From assembly GCF_032444005.1 (NCBI RefSeq), contig NC_091285.1, positions 19,592,001 to 19,656,000 of the forward strand: DNA of 64,000 bases, given 5' to 3'. Below are positions 23,976-36,249 of the stretch, piece by piece. Each line of letters begins with the position of its first letter. The stretch's first letter is position 1. The notes under the pieces were generated by a model. That model did no database searches. It saw only the letters and a list, made by a program, of their open reading frames with translations, and was not told the origin of the DNA. Position numbers and translations under genes: made by a program. Source of the stretch: Ranitomeya imitator. Lineage: Eukaryota.

Positions 23976-24750
23976 ATAATTTATATATATATTATTAATA
24001 CATAATTTTTGTATAACAGGAAGCTGCAGGATCAGAGGTGCTTCCAGAAGGAGACGGATGGGGTGGAGAAATACCCGGAGTAGGCTCGCAATTGGTAAGT
24101 TTCTTACATGCATCGCAGAACCACATCATCACAGACATCACAGTACACATAACACATAAGCCTACATCCAAGCACATAATGTTTTTTTTTCTTTTTAAGT
24201 CTTCCCATTCTGGGGCTCGATCAAGAGGTCCTCAAAGCGCCTCCCAGGGTCATCGGCGTTAGTGTCAGGGCGGTCGCCATCGAGGATTTCAGTGTAATGT
24301 TTTTGTTTTTTGTCTTTTTTAACAGGCTTCACAGCGTGCTCCTGACTTGGATGGTGAGGAGGCCGGGATAAACATCGACCTTCTCATCGATCTAATCCTA
24401 GAGCGGGAGCCGCTGTGGAACATGGGGGTCTGCCACCACGCCTATATCGTTGTGACCCATCGACTCTGGGAGCAAGTGTGCAACAAAGTTGTGGGCAACT
24501 GGGAGGACCTCGATGTTCGGGCCCAGAATCAAGCGCGTAAGTATTCCCAGTTCAGTTATGTTGCCTGGATGTAATGTGTTGTATACTAACCAAGAGAGTT
24601 GTCAAGCAGTGGCGGTCAATCAGGGATCACTTCAAAAAGGAGTTTTACAAGGAGATGCGGGCCCCGAGTGGATCGGGAGGACGCAGGAGCAAGTACAAGT
24701 ATGCTACAGCCTTGTCGTTCCTTCGGTCAACGATGGTGAGCAGAAGGTAA
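23887..24750 (+). pseudogene. Harbinger Myb/SANT-like (MADF) DNA-binding protein, spliced and degenerate
   Basis: ATG at 23887, GT-AG exon boundaries near 23930, 24020 and 24325. INIDLLIDLILEREPLWNM...LWEQVC and VVKQWRSIRDHFKKE MADF motifs. Confidence 0.65.
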
Positions 24751-25110
24751 ATATCACCCACCCCATTTAATAAAAAATGTTTACATGTCTAACACTTTTT
24801 TATTGGGTTTCAGCCCATCCAGTATTATCTCCACCCCACACTATTTAAATTTATAAAGATTTTGTTTGTTAAAAATTTGCTAATAAAAAAAAACAGTTTT
24901 TTGGTTTAAAAATTTTGTCTTTCATTTGTTAGTTTATAAGGTTAAATACTTTGGTTAAAACAAGGTACAATACTTTGGGTAAAGAAGGTCAAATACTTTG
25001 GGGAAAACCCAACCATGTACAATGCTTTGGGTTAAAAAGGTACAATACTTTGGGTAAAGAAGGTCAAATACTTTGGGTAACAAGGTCCAAGACACATTTT
25101 TCAAACTCTC

Positions 25111-25805
25111 TCATCCTGCCAGTCTATATCTTCCTTGAGGTGAAATACAGTACTCAGCAAATTTGTCCCTCATTCTGGAAACTGACACAGAACTTCTATA
25201 AGTAATGTTCTGATAATCATGCAAGGTGGTTTCTTCAGAGTGGTCATCAATGGAAATCTGTTCCTTGCACATAACAAAATTGTGCAGGACCACACAGTCT
25301 TCAAGTTGATAGCGGTCAATAGAACTCGCCAATTGGCTGTCAGAATCCCAAAAGCGCACTCCACCATTCTCCGTGCTCGTGTTAGGCGGTAATTAAATAC
25401 TCTTCTAGTGGGCGTCAATCCACTACTGGAGTACGGTTTCAGCAGGTGTTCTGAGAATTGGAAGGCTTCTTCTCCAACACAAACAAAAGGCATTGGTGGC
25501 CCAGAGGTTTCCTGCAGCGGTCTTGGGGGTGGAAATTGGAAGGTGTTTCCATAGAGATGATGACCCATTGCAGACAATTTAAAAACTTGTGAATCATTGG
25601 AGCGGCCATAGGCCTCTATATTGACCGCTATAAATTTGTATTCAGCGTCAGCGATGGCCATGAGCACAATGGAGAAATATTTTTATAGTTAAAATATTCT
25701 GATCCAGATCCAGCAGGTTTGACGATGCGGATATGTTTCCCGTCCACTTCACCCAAGCTATTTTCAGCCAACTCTCCATTGTAGGATGTGGTATAAACTC
25801 GCCAT
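25111..25805 (-). pseudogene. Harbinger (HARBI1-like DDE) transposase C-terminal part, frameshifted
   Basis: GEVDGKHIRI, LMAIADAEYKF, GRSNDSQVF, HLLKPY, FNYRLTRARRMVECAFGIL, CVVLHNF. Confidence 0.85.
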
Positions 25806-25809
25806 TTAA

Positions 25810-26120
25810 CCCCTTTCTGACCTCGGACGGGATAGTACGTCTGAGGTCGGATCCCCCTCTTTGATGCAGGGCTCCGGTGGTGAGCCCGCATCAAAGCCGG
25901 GATATGTCAGCTGTTTTGAGCAGCTGACATGTGCTCGCAATAGCGGCGGGTGAAATCGCGATTCACCCACCGCTATTAGCTAGTTAAATGCCGCTGTCAA
26001 ATGCAGACAGCGGCATTTAACCGGTGCTTCCAGACGGAAATGAGCGCATCGCTGACCCCCGTCACATGAATGGGGGTCAGCGATGCATCAGAATGGTAAC
26101 CATAGAGGTCCTTGAGACCT
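25810..26120 (+). mobile_element. piggyBac-type MITE left fragment, truncated
   Basis: TTAA followed by CCCCTTT; same family as 48001 and 59998. Ends abruptly at the TRIM fragment. Confidence 0.7.
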
Positions 26121-26123
26121 GAG

Positions 26124-26802
26124 GTGATCCTGAGGAGGAGGGAGGTGATGAGGACACAGGGGGACATGATAAACAGCTCCATGATGGAGATGACCTGGAT
26201 GTGGCTGTGATCTCACACACATTATGTGAGGTAATATCAGGTATAAGGAGCGGGATCTATGTGGAGGATCCTGCAGACATATTATGGGATGTAATCACAG
26301 CTGGTAATAATCTCCTTATATCACACAACCTAAAAACTGCGACCTGGAGACAAAAGAAAAGGAATCATTCAGAAACAGCAGAGAGATTTCAATATCCTCA
26401 GGTGAGGAGAGGATTTACCTCAGGACGACATTACTGGGATGTGGAGATCAGTAGATCAGGGAGGTGGATGGTCTGGATGTGTTATCCCAGTATAGATAGG
26501 AATGGAGATCAGTGATTGGAAATAATAACAATTCTTGAAGTTTGTCGAGATATAATGTTCAGTATTCAGCGATAAACGGTAGTTAAGTGATCCTATTGTC
26601 TGACAAGATCTCCAGTGATGGAGTCAGGATATGTCTGGATTATGAGGTCGGGCAGTTGTCCTTTTATGAGCTGTGTGACCCCATCAGACACTTACACACC
26701 TTCACTGCCTCCTTCTCCGAGCCCCTCCATGCTGTATTATGCGTATGGGATTGTTGTATAAAGATATCTGTGGGGAGAAGTAACTGGAAGAAACCAACAT
26801 AA
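26124..26802 (+). pseudogene. 5'-truncated TRIM pseudogene (acidic linker and PRY-SPRY)
   Basis: Starts at gtgatcctgaggaggag (linker). Frameshift and stop around 26505-26590; ends GRSNWKKPT-stop. No RING or B-box upstream. Confidence 0.88.
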
Positions 26803-27479
26803 TCTATTACATCTGCTGTATAAATAGGAACCGGTCTGGTCACATCTGAGCTTTTATTTGTTTTGCACCTGATGATATTTACCTGTCCTTTACAATGGAA
26901 TTAAACCGAATAAGCATAATACAATATGTAAGCCAAATCAATGTTGGTTTTCTTCAATGTTATATACAAGGGATAAATGAGAAATTGATTCTATTTGGTG
27001 CCTATTGCTGGGAGTTGTAGTTCATAATTACGCTCTTAACAATACATACGTTCAAAATACTCAAATACTCTAATCATTAAACGAAACTGGTAATATTTTG
27101 TACTATATAATATATAGTATTTTTATTTATTCTGTGATTATAGGATATTATACAGGTACATGTATACTAAATAATATAACAATCTGTTACACTCAGATTT
27201 AATTGGTGCAAATTGAATTTTTTGAGGAAAATTCAGTGAAGCCGACGATTTCAAATTTGGAATGATCTGCTGATCTCTAGTTCTTACCCCTGTGGTATCT
27301 GCCACTGATGAGGATTAGACCCTAGAATCGTATACTAATTATTCTATTACAGGCTGTTGTCACACGCATGTGCACGAGACATCGTTCTGTTTTTCTTGAA
27401 TCATTTTTTTAGATGTCTTTTCAGATGACTATTGCGGCATTTTTTACTTTTTCCCCCCAGATTTTATGTATTAGTCATG

Positions 27480-29600
27480 AGCATTTTATGTATTAATCAT
27501 GAGCAGAAGACTCCACAAGAATGTACTGTTGACTACTCTTAACCGTTTCACGTTTTTGAAGACCTGAAGAGGTTCAAAGAAGCACAGAATATATACACAG
27601 CAAGTACTTTTGACATGGCAGGGCATTTGTTCATTATTTTTGGCATTTTTAATGCTTTTTCCAGGCAAAATACATGTGAAGTGCTCATACTCTGATACAG
27701 GAAAGATATATATCTTGGTACCGTATTTTTCATACCCTGATAGTCACCATCATATGCATCTCCCAACAGCAAGTGATCCACATATGAGGGTTTGAAGGCA
27801 ACATTAGGCTCCCAATCCACTGCCTGGGCTTTTGGTGACTGTATCGCTAGCAAACCAGGATAATTACACAAAGAACTACGGCATCAAACTGAATTTTTGC
27901 CCTGGGTGAAGTAGAGGTCAACTACGCTTCCAAATTATTACCTTCAGGCTTAAACGAATATTCACTGCGGAGAATTCCTTCACAATGCACTGATCCCCTT
28001 ACGATAAGCTGATCACAGGGTTTCCCACCACTGGAACTTGCTTCAATTATCTTGTCAGGTCTCGAAAACTTTTCCAAACTGCCTTTATTATGTTATGTCT
28101 CCATATTCCACAATTCCTTCCATGTCCTTGATGTCCCTGTTGTGGATAAGTTTGCAAAAAAAGGTATTATGTCAGTCACTTAGCAGCCTTATGAGTTAGT
28201 TGTCATCAACTTGGGTGCCAATTCAACCCTTAACAGTCCAGTCTCAGACACTGCAATCATGGGCACGCGGGTGTGATTGATGGCCTCCTCTTGTTAAGCT
28301 CTAAGCGGAACATCAAGGATAGTGTGGGAATCATGGAGTAGGGCTAAATTACATAAAGTTGGTGGTTTGGGAGGCCTGCAAGACTTGACAAGTTTCTTTT
28401 AAACCATGTCTAAGGCCGGTTTCACACGTCAGTGGCTCCGGTACGTGAGGTGACAGTTTCCTCACGTACCGGAGACACTGACTCACGTAGACACATTGAA
28501 ATCAATGTGTCTCTGCACATGTCAGCGTGTTTTCACGGACCGTGTGTCCGTGTGCAAAACACGGAGACATGTGAGTGTTCGTGGGAGCGCACGGATTACA
28601 CGGACCCATTAAAGTCAATGGGTCTGTGTAAAACACGTACTGCACACGGACGCTGTCCGTGTGCAGTCCATGTGCTGTGCAGGAGACAGCGCTACAGTAA
28701 GCGCTGTCCCCCCCACGTGGTGCTGAAGCCGCCATTCATATCTTCTCTCCAGCAGCGTTCGCTGGCTAGAAGATATGAAAATTTTTTTTTTTTTTTCGTG
28801 TTTAAAATAAAGATCCCTGTCCCCACCCCCCTCCCACCCCCTGTGTGCCCCCCCCCCTTCCCGCTGTTAATAAAATACTCACCCGGCTCCCTCGCAGCTT
28901 CCTGTCCTCGCCGCACCTTCTCCTGTATGAGCGGTCATGTGCGGCCGCCGATTACAGTCATGGGGTGGATCTTTATTTTAAACACGAAAAAAAAAAAAAG
29001 AATTTTTGATATCTTCTAGCCAGCGAACGCTGCTGGAGAGAAGATATGAATGGCGGCTTCAGCACCAGATGCAGGGGACAGCGCTTACTTGTAGCGCTGT
29101 CTCCTGCACGGTCTGTGTGGAACCCAGTGTGCCGCACGTGTGCCACACTGATGTTCACGGTAAGCACACGGACACATGGACACGGATAATTCCGGTACCG
29201 ATTTTTCCGGTACCGGAATTATTTGGACGTGTGAGACTGGCCTAAGGGTTAACGTTTCAACTTATGGAGAGTGACAATCAAAGCTGGCATGTCAGAGTGA
29301 GAAGACTTAAAACCCATGCATGCTCCTCTGGGAAATTAAATATGCAAATTGTCTCTCGAGATTCTGGTTTGGTTTTTATCCTGATTCATATTGCAAGGCT
29401 CGTTAAACAGTCACTGTTGACTTTCAGGATCGCTGCTTGCAATAGGTGGTGCTCGAGCTTAGTCCTCTTCTTCCATTAAGACAAAATTTGCATCTTTAAA
29501 CCATGTAAAATCGCTGGAGTCTTTCAGGCCAAGAGATGCTGTGTGTAAGCACTGATGGGTTCACGACACATATTGTTGGCTGAAGATGAAATATTGTAAT
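27480..29600 (-). mobile_element. Possible highly degenerate LINE (L1/Tx1-like) ORF2 3' remnant, split by a MITE
   Basis: Broken minus-strand fragments such as IWRHNIIKAVWKSFRDL...PVVGNP and SHVFC resemble the L1 C-terminus only loosely. Confidence 0.25.
28414..29242. mobile_element. PIF/Harbinger-type MITE
   Basis: TAA TSD at 28411-13 and 29243-45. TIRs ggccggtttcacacgtc / gacgtgtgagactggcc. Internal inverted repeats. Confidence 0.85.
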
Positions 29601-30104
29601 CTGTGTTTGGTTTGATTTGATGGATTGAAATCAATTATGATATTATTTATAAATCATGGTGAACAGCTTCAAAATAATAATTATAAAAAAAATATTTTGC
29701 ATAAATGTTTTAAACATTTTTCACATATCACAGTTTATTAAATATTTTATTAAGAATATGTTATGTTTTGTATGTGATGTATATGCAATGTATATGGTGT
29801 GTAATGGGTATGTCAAGTCCAGTAAACATATTGGAATCTGAACGACCTTTTGGGAGGTAGCAATTCTAGATCCTGGTTACTTAAAAGTGTGTCTATATAC
29901 TTTGATCTAGATTTTATCTATCATCTGGCAAGACAATTTACAGTCTCATTACACAAGATACCAGAGAGAAGTAGCAATATTCATGTCAGATATACTATCT
30001 TTTTCATTTCAATCCCCAAAATCAGATGTATATTGAATTCCCTGAGCTTACTAGGTGGTGAATGAACATGGAATATTTGCAGCTTCCATGGGAATGAACA
30101 CATG

Positions 30105-30190
30105 CAGGTGCTTCCCACAAAATTAGAATATTCTCAAAAAGTTAATTTATTTCAGTTCTTCAATACAAAAAAATGAAACTCATATTATAT
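30105..30190 (+). mobile_element. Tc1-like terminal remnant
   Basis: caggtgc...aaattagaatattctcaaaaagttaatttatttcag resembles a Tc1 TIR; it ends in the TA run used by the next element. Confidence 0.35.
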
Positions 30191-30195
30191 ATATA

Positions 30196-31950
30196 CACTG
30201 CTCAAAAAATAAAGGGAACACTAAAATCCCACATCCTAGATATAACTGAATGAAATATTCCAGTTGTAAATCTTTATTCATTACATAATGGAATGTATTG
30301 AGAACAATGAAACCTAAAAATGATCAACGTAAATCACAACTAATATCCCACGGAGGTCTGGAGTTGGAATGATGCTCAAAATCAAAGTGGAAAATTAGGT
30401 TACAGGCTGATCCAACTTCAGTGGAAATGCCTCAAGACAAGGAAATGATGCTCAGTAGTGTGAGTGGCCTCTACGTGCCTGTGTGATCTCTCTACAACGC
30501 CTGGGCATGCTCCTGATGAGGCGGCGGATGGTCTCCTGAGGGATCTAGTCCCAGACCTGGACTAAAGCATCCGCCAACACCTGGACAGTCTGTGGTGCAA
30601 TGTAACGTTGGTGGATGGTGCAAGACATAATGTCCCAGATGTGTTCAATCGGATTCAGGTCTGGGGCATGGGCGGCCAGTCAATAGCTTCAATGCCTTCA
30701 TCTTGCAGGAACTGCTGACACACTCCAGCCACATGAGGTCTGGCATTGTTCTGCATTAGGAGGAACCCAGGGCCAATCACGCAAGCATATGTTACCCAAA
30801 CCAAAAAAGTGAATCATAGAGCGAAGTACCATTAAGTATAAACATTCTTATTGATAAATAGTACAAAACAAGGGTAGTTATTAAAGTACATGTAAAAATT
30901 AATAACAGGGATAGTGACACCTAAGTACCATGTCCGGCAAGAATATAATACAAATGTAGGGAGGTAGGGCGCAAGCATATGGTCTCACAAGGGGTCGTAG
31001 GATCTCATCTCGGTACCTAATAGCAGACAGGCTACCTCTGGTGAGCACATGGAGGGCTGTGCGGCCCTCCAAAGAAATGCCACTCCACACCATTACTGAC
31101 CCATTGCCAAACCGGTCATGCTGAAGGATGTTGCAGGCAGATTGCTCTCCACAGCGTCTCCAGAACCTGTCACGTCTGTCACATCTGCTCAGTGTGAACC
31201 TCCTTTCATCTGTGAAGAGCACAGGGCGCCAGTGGCGAATTTGCCAATCCTGGTGTTCTGTGGCAAATGCCAAGCGTCCTGCACGGTGTTGGGCTGTGAG
31301 CACAACCCCCATCTGTGGATGTCAGGAACTCAGACCATCCTCATGGAGTCGGTTTCTAACAGTTTGTGCAGGCACATGCACATTTGTGGCCTGCTTGAGG
31401 TAATTTTACGGGGCAGTGCTTCTCCTTTTTCTGCTTTTACAATGGCTGAGGTAGTGGTCCTGCTGCTAGGTTGTTGCCCCCCTACAGTCACCTCCACGTC
31501 TACTGGTATACTGGCCTGTCTCCTGGTAGCGCCTCCAGCCTTTGGACACTACGCTGACAGACACAGCAGACCTTCTTGCCACAGCTCGCATTGATGTGCC
31601 ATCCTGGATGAGCTGCACTACCTGAGCCACTTGTGTGGGTTTTAGAGTCCGTCTCATGCTACCACGAGTGTGAAAGCACAACCAACATTCAAAAGTGAAC
31701 AAAACATCAGCCAGAAAACCATGGTACTGGGATGTGGTCAGTGGTCCCCACCTGCAGAACCACTCCTTTATTGAGTGTGTCTTGATAATTGCCAATAATT
31801 TCCATCTGTTGTCTATTCCATTTGCACAACAGCATGTGAAATTGATTGTCAGTGTTGCTTCCTAAGTGGACAGTTTGATTTCACAGACGTTTGATTTACT
31901 TGGAGTTATATTCTGTTGTTTAAGTGTTCACTTTATTTTTTTGAGCAGTG
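30196..31950 (-). mobile_element. Tc1 transposon, degenerate transposase on minus
   Basis: TA-CACTGCTCAAAAAATAAAG...CTTTATTTTTTTGAGCAGTG-TA. ORF pieces [28 protein letters not shown]. Confidence 0.92.
30792..30969. mobile_element. 178-bp insertion with a 12-bp TSD inside the Tc1 transposase
   Basis: CGCAAGCATATG at 30780-30791 and 30970-30981. AT-rich insert with no TIR and no poly-A. Confidence 0.8.
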
Positions 31951-31977
31951 TATATTTACACCATACACATATATATA

Positions 31978-33624
31978 TAGTTATATGAAAAAGTTTGGGC
32001 ACCCCTATTAATCTTAAGCTTAATGTTTTATAAAAATTGTTTTTTTGCAACAGCTATTTCAGTTTCATATATCTAATAACTGTTGAGCACAGTAATGTTT
32101 CTGCCTTGAAATGAGGTTTATTGTACTAACAGAAAATGTGCAATCTGCATTAAAACAAAATTTGACAGGTGCATAAGTATGGGCACCCTTATCATTTTCT
32201 TGTTTTAAATACTCCTACCTACTTTTTACTGACTTACTAAAACACTTTTTTTTTTGTTTTCTAACCTCATTGAGCTTGAACTTCATAGCCAGGTGTATGC
32301 AATCATGAGAAAAGCTACTTAAAGTGGCCACTTGCAAGTTGTTCTCCTGTTTGAATCTCCTCTGAAGAGTGGCATGATGGGCTCCCCAAAACAACTGTCT
32401 AATGATCTGAAAACAAAGATAATTCAACATAGTTGTTCAGGGGAAGGATACAAAAAGCTGTCTCAGAGATTTAACCTGTCAATTTCCACTGTGAGGAACA
32501 TAGTAAGGAAATGAAAGAACACAGGTACAGTTCTTGTTAAGGCCAGAAGTGTCAGGCCAAGAAAAACATCAGGAAGGCAGAGAAGAAGAATGGTGAGATC
32601 AGTCAAGGACAATCCTCAGACCACCTCCAGGGAGCTGCAGCATCAACTTGCTGCAGATGGTGTCACTGTGCATCGGTCAACTATACAACGCACTTTGCAC
32701 AAGGAGAAGCTGTATGGGAGAGTGATGCGGAAGAAGCCGTTTCTGCAAGCACGCCACAAACAGAGTCGGCTAAGGTATGCAAAAGCACATTTGGAGAAGC
32801 CAATTTCTTTTTGGAAGAAGGTCCTGTGAACTGATGAAACCAAGATTGAGTTGTTTGATCATACAAAAAGGCGTTATGCAAGGCGGCCAAAAAACAGAAT
32901 TTCAAGAAATACACTTGCTACCCACAGTAAAATTTGGTGGAGGTTCCATCATGCTTTGGGGCTGTGTGGCCAATGCCGGCACCGGGAATCTTGTTAAAGT
33001 TGAGGGACACATGGATTCCTCTCAGTATCAGCAGATTCTTGACAATAGTATTCATGAATCAGTGACAAAGTTGAAGTTACGCAGGGGATGGATCTTTCAG
33101 CAAGACAATGATTCAAAACACCGCTCCAAATCTACTCAGGCATTCATGCAGAGGAACAATTACACTGTTCTGGAATGGCCATCCCAGCCCCCAGACCTGA
33201 ATATCATTGAACATCTGTGGGATCATTTGAAGAGGGCTGTCCATGCTCGGCGACCATCAAACTTAACTGAACTGGAATTGTTTTGTAAAGAGGAATGGTC
33301 AAAAATACCTTCATCCAGGATCCAGGAACTCATTAAAAGCTACAGGAAGCGACTAGAGGCTGTTATTTTTGCAAAAGGAGGGTCTACTAAATATTAATGT
33401 CACTTTTCTGGTGGGGTGCCCATACTTATGCACCTGTCAAATTTTGTTTGAATGCAGATTGCACATTTTCTCTTAGTACAATAAACCTCATTCAAGGCAG
33501 AAACATTACTGTGTCCAACAGTTATTAGATATATGAAACTGAAATGGCTGTTGCAAAAAAATATATTTTTATAAAACATTAAGCTTAAAATTAATAGGGG
33601 TGCCCAAACTTTTTCATATAACTG
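31978..33624 (+). mobile_element. Tc1 transposon with about 220-bp TIRs; DD34E transposase pseudogene (about 32374-33397)
   Basis: (t)agttatatgaaaaagtttgggcaccc...gggtgcccaaactttttcatataactg-TA. TDETK, QQDND and DLNIIEHLW motifs. Two TGA stops (32512, 32827) and a frameshift. Confidence 0.93.
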
Positions 33625-33656
33625 TATATACACACACACACACACAAACACATATA

Positions 33657-34473
33657 CCGTATTTTTCGAACTATAAGACACACCCCAAATGTTCAGAAGG
33701 CAAATAGGGAAAACAATTAATGTGTCAAATGGGGGTCTGTCTTACAGTCTGAATTCATCTTACTGGAGGGAGTTCGAAAGCGCTGGTGGAGCGGGGTCAC
33801 AGGGGGTATTCAGTGGTCCAACGATATGACTTTCATCCCAGACTGGTGTGGCGGTTCGACGGTGCTAAAGGTGCGGGGGCTCCGCCGACATTGTGTGAAA
33901 TCCCGGAGGCCCAGACATCCATTGCTGTTCTGTGGTGGCCTCCGGGAAATCCCATCCCAGGCTGGTGCAGCAGGTTCGGCGGTGCCTTGTGGTGCGGGGG
34001 CTGTGCCGGCATTTTGTGAAAGCCCGGAGGCCCACACATCCATTGCTGCGATGCGGTGACCTCTGGGAAAATGGCCACCAAGGGCAGTGCACACTCAGAT
34101 TGAGATCTCGCGCCGAGATCTTGTCTCCAGAGATTTCGGAACAAGATCTCCTTGCCGAGATCTCAATCTGAGCATGCTCCGCCCCTAACGGCCATTTTAC
34201 TGAAGGCCACGGCATCGCAGCAATGGATGTAAGGGGCCTTTGGGCTTTCACAAAATGCCAGAGCAGCCCCGAACCACAGAGCACCGCCGAACCTGCCGCA
34301 TCAGCCTGCAAAGGGAGTGTGATCATTATCCTGCAGGGTCGGACCGCCGCAGTATCGCCCGACTCCTGCTGCCGTCACACTACACTTAAGTATATTCTGA
34401 CTATAAGACGCTCCCCCGTTTTACCCAAAAAAAATTTGGGGAAAAAGTGCATTTTATACTCCGAAAAATATAG
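33657..34473. mobile_element. TA-flanked pogo/mariner-type MITE
   Basis: TA-ccgtatttttcgaactataagac ... ttttatactccgaaaaatatag-TA, imperfect TIRs, no coding capacity. Confidence 0.7.
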
Positions 34474-34641
34474 TATATACACACATCTATTAATCTATTA
34501 TATACATATTCTTACATCATATATAGAGGACTGAAGACCTGTTACAATTCTGCCGCACCCTGTGTCAAGAAAGTTGAACCTGACCTTTGCTTTCTTAATA
34601 TCAGAGAATTGTAGTTTCATTTCTTCCTTCTTCCGTCAGCC

Positions 34642-36249
34642 ATGGCTTCTGCTATTCTGAAAGACGAGCTGCTCTGCTCCATCTGTTTATCTACATTTAA
34701 GGACCCTATAACACTGAAATGTGGACACAACTTCTGCCGGGTCTGTATTGGTCGTGTGCTGGATACGCAGGACGGGTCTGGAGTTTATTCCTGTCCTGAC
34801 TGCAGAGAAGAGTTTCAGGAGCGGCCGACACTGATGAGGAACATAAATCTCCATAATGTCGCAGAACGTTTCCTGATTACTCAGCAAGAACAAGACGAGA
34901 TCACTGGGATCTACTGCACTTACTGTGTGGACTCTCTGGTACCTGCTGTTAGATCCTGTCTACTCTGTGAGGCTTCTCTGTGTGATAAACACCTGAGATC
35001 TCACAGCAAATCACCAGGACACGTCTTATCTGATCCCAGCACTTCTCTGGAGAAAAGGAAATGTTCTGTCCATAAGAAGATCCTGGAATATTACTGCACT
35101 GAGGACGCGGCTTGTATCTGTGTGTCCTGCAGTTTGATCGGGAAACATAATGGACATAAAATGGAGTCACTGGATGAGGCCGCAGGGAAGAAAAAGAAAA
35201 AATGGAGAAATGTCGTCCAGAAACTGATCACAAAGAGAGAGAAGACTGAGGAAAGAGTCCGGAGTCTGGAGGAGCAGAGGAGAAAAGCTCAAGAAAAAGC
35301 AGCTGGAGAAGCCGAGAGAGTCACTGCCCTGTGTACAGACATCAGGAGACGGGTGGACGACCTGGAGAAGAAGGTCCTGAGTGAGATCTCCAGGCAGGAG
35401 AAGGAAGAGTCACTGCCACTGTCTGCTCTGATCCATCAGCTGGAAATAAAGAAGGACGAGCTGTCCTGGAAGATGAGACACATTGAGGAGCTGTGTAACA
35501 TGACGGATCCACTGACTGTCTTACAGGAACCAGACACCGGTGACTTGTGTGATCCTGAGGAGGAGGGAGGTGATGAGGACACAGGGGGACATGATAAACA
35601 GCCCCATGATGGAGATGACCTGGATGTGGCTGTGATCTCACACACATTACACACATTATGTGAGGTAATATCAGGTATAAGGAGCGGGATCTATGTGGTG
35701 AGTCCGGCAGACATATTACTGGATGTAACCACAGCTGGTAATAATGTCCTTATATCAGACGACCTGAAAACTGCAACCTGGACACGAGAGAATCAGAAAC
35801 GTCCAGAAACAGCAGAAAGATTCCTGGGTTATAGTCAGGTGATGAGCAGGAGAGGATTTACCTTAGGACGCCATTACTGGGATGTGGAGATCAGTAGATC
35901 AGGGTGGTGGAGGGTGGGGATGTGTTATCCCAGTATAGACAGGAGCGGAGATCAGTCACTGATTGGAAGAAATAACAAGTCCTGGAGTTTGAGGAAATAT
36001 AATAATCAGTATTCAGTGAGACATGACAGTAAAGTGATCCGGTTACCTGACAAGATCTCCAGTGATAGATTCAGGATATGTCTGGATTATGGGGCCGGGC
36101 AGTTGTCCTTTTATGAGCTGTGTGACCCCATCAGACACTTACACACCTTCACTGCCACCTTCTCCGAGCCCCTTCATGCTGTATTATATGTATGTGAAAG
36201 TTCTATAAAGATATTAGAGGGAAGAAGTAACTGGGTGAAACCATCATAA
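34642..36249 (+). CDS. TRIM E3 ubiquitin ligase, 535 aa (RING-Bbox1-Bbox2-CC-PRY/SPRY)
   Basis: Intact ORF with the same domain order as 20017. A pyrimidine tract and CAG lie directly before ccATG. Confidence 0.95.
   Translation: MASAILKDELLCSICLSTFKDPITLKCGHNFCRVCIGRVLDTQDGSGVYSCPDCREEFQERPTLMRNINLHNVAERFLITQQEQDEITGIYCTYCVDSLVPAVRSCLLCEASLCDKHLRSHSKSPGHVLSDPSTSLEKRKCSVHKKILEYYCTEDAACICVSCSLIGKHNGHKMESLDEAAGKKKKKWRNVVQKLITKREKTEERVRSLEEQRRKAQEKAAGEAERVTALCTDIRRRVDDLEKKVLSEISRQEKEESLPLSALIHQLEIKKDELSWKMRHIEELCNMTDPLTVLQEPDTGDLCDPEEEGGDEDTGGHDKQPHDGDDLDVAVISHTLHTLCEVISGIRSGIYVVSPADILLDVTTAGNNVLISDDLKTATWTRENQKRPETAERFLGYSQVMSRRGFTLGRHYWDVEISRSGWWRVGMCYPSIDRSGDQSLIGRNNKSWSLRKYNNQYSVRHDSKVIRLPDKISSDRFRICLDYGAGQLSFYELCDPIRHLHTFTATFSEPLHAVLYVCESSIKILEGRSNWVKPS

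Larger units (their letters stand above)
23302..25805. mobile_element. PIF/Harbinger transposon (convergent MADF gene and transposase), right part deleted
   Basis: Begins after TTA with ggctgctttaacacatc. Plus-strand spliced MADF ORF and minus-strand HARBI1-like transposase. Confidence 0.8.

Noticed and set aside
28100-28330. Processed ribosomal-protein pseudogene
   Set aside because: The initial resemblance did not hold on translation; the fragments fit a decayed LINE slightly better and neither call is strong.
32512-32829. APOBEC-type hypermutation (two Trp-position TGA stops in the Tc1 transposase)
   Set aside because: Two events are too few, and DNA transposons lack the usual ssDNA retro-intermediate.
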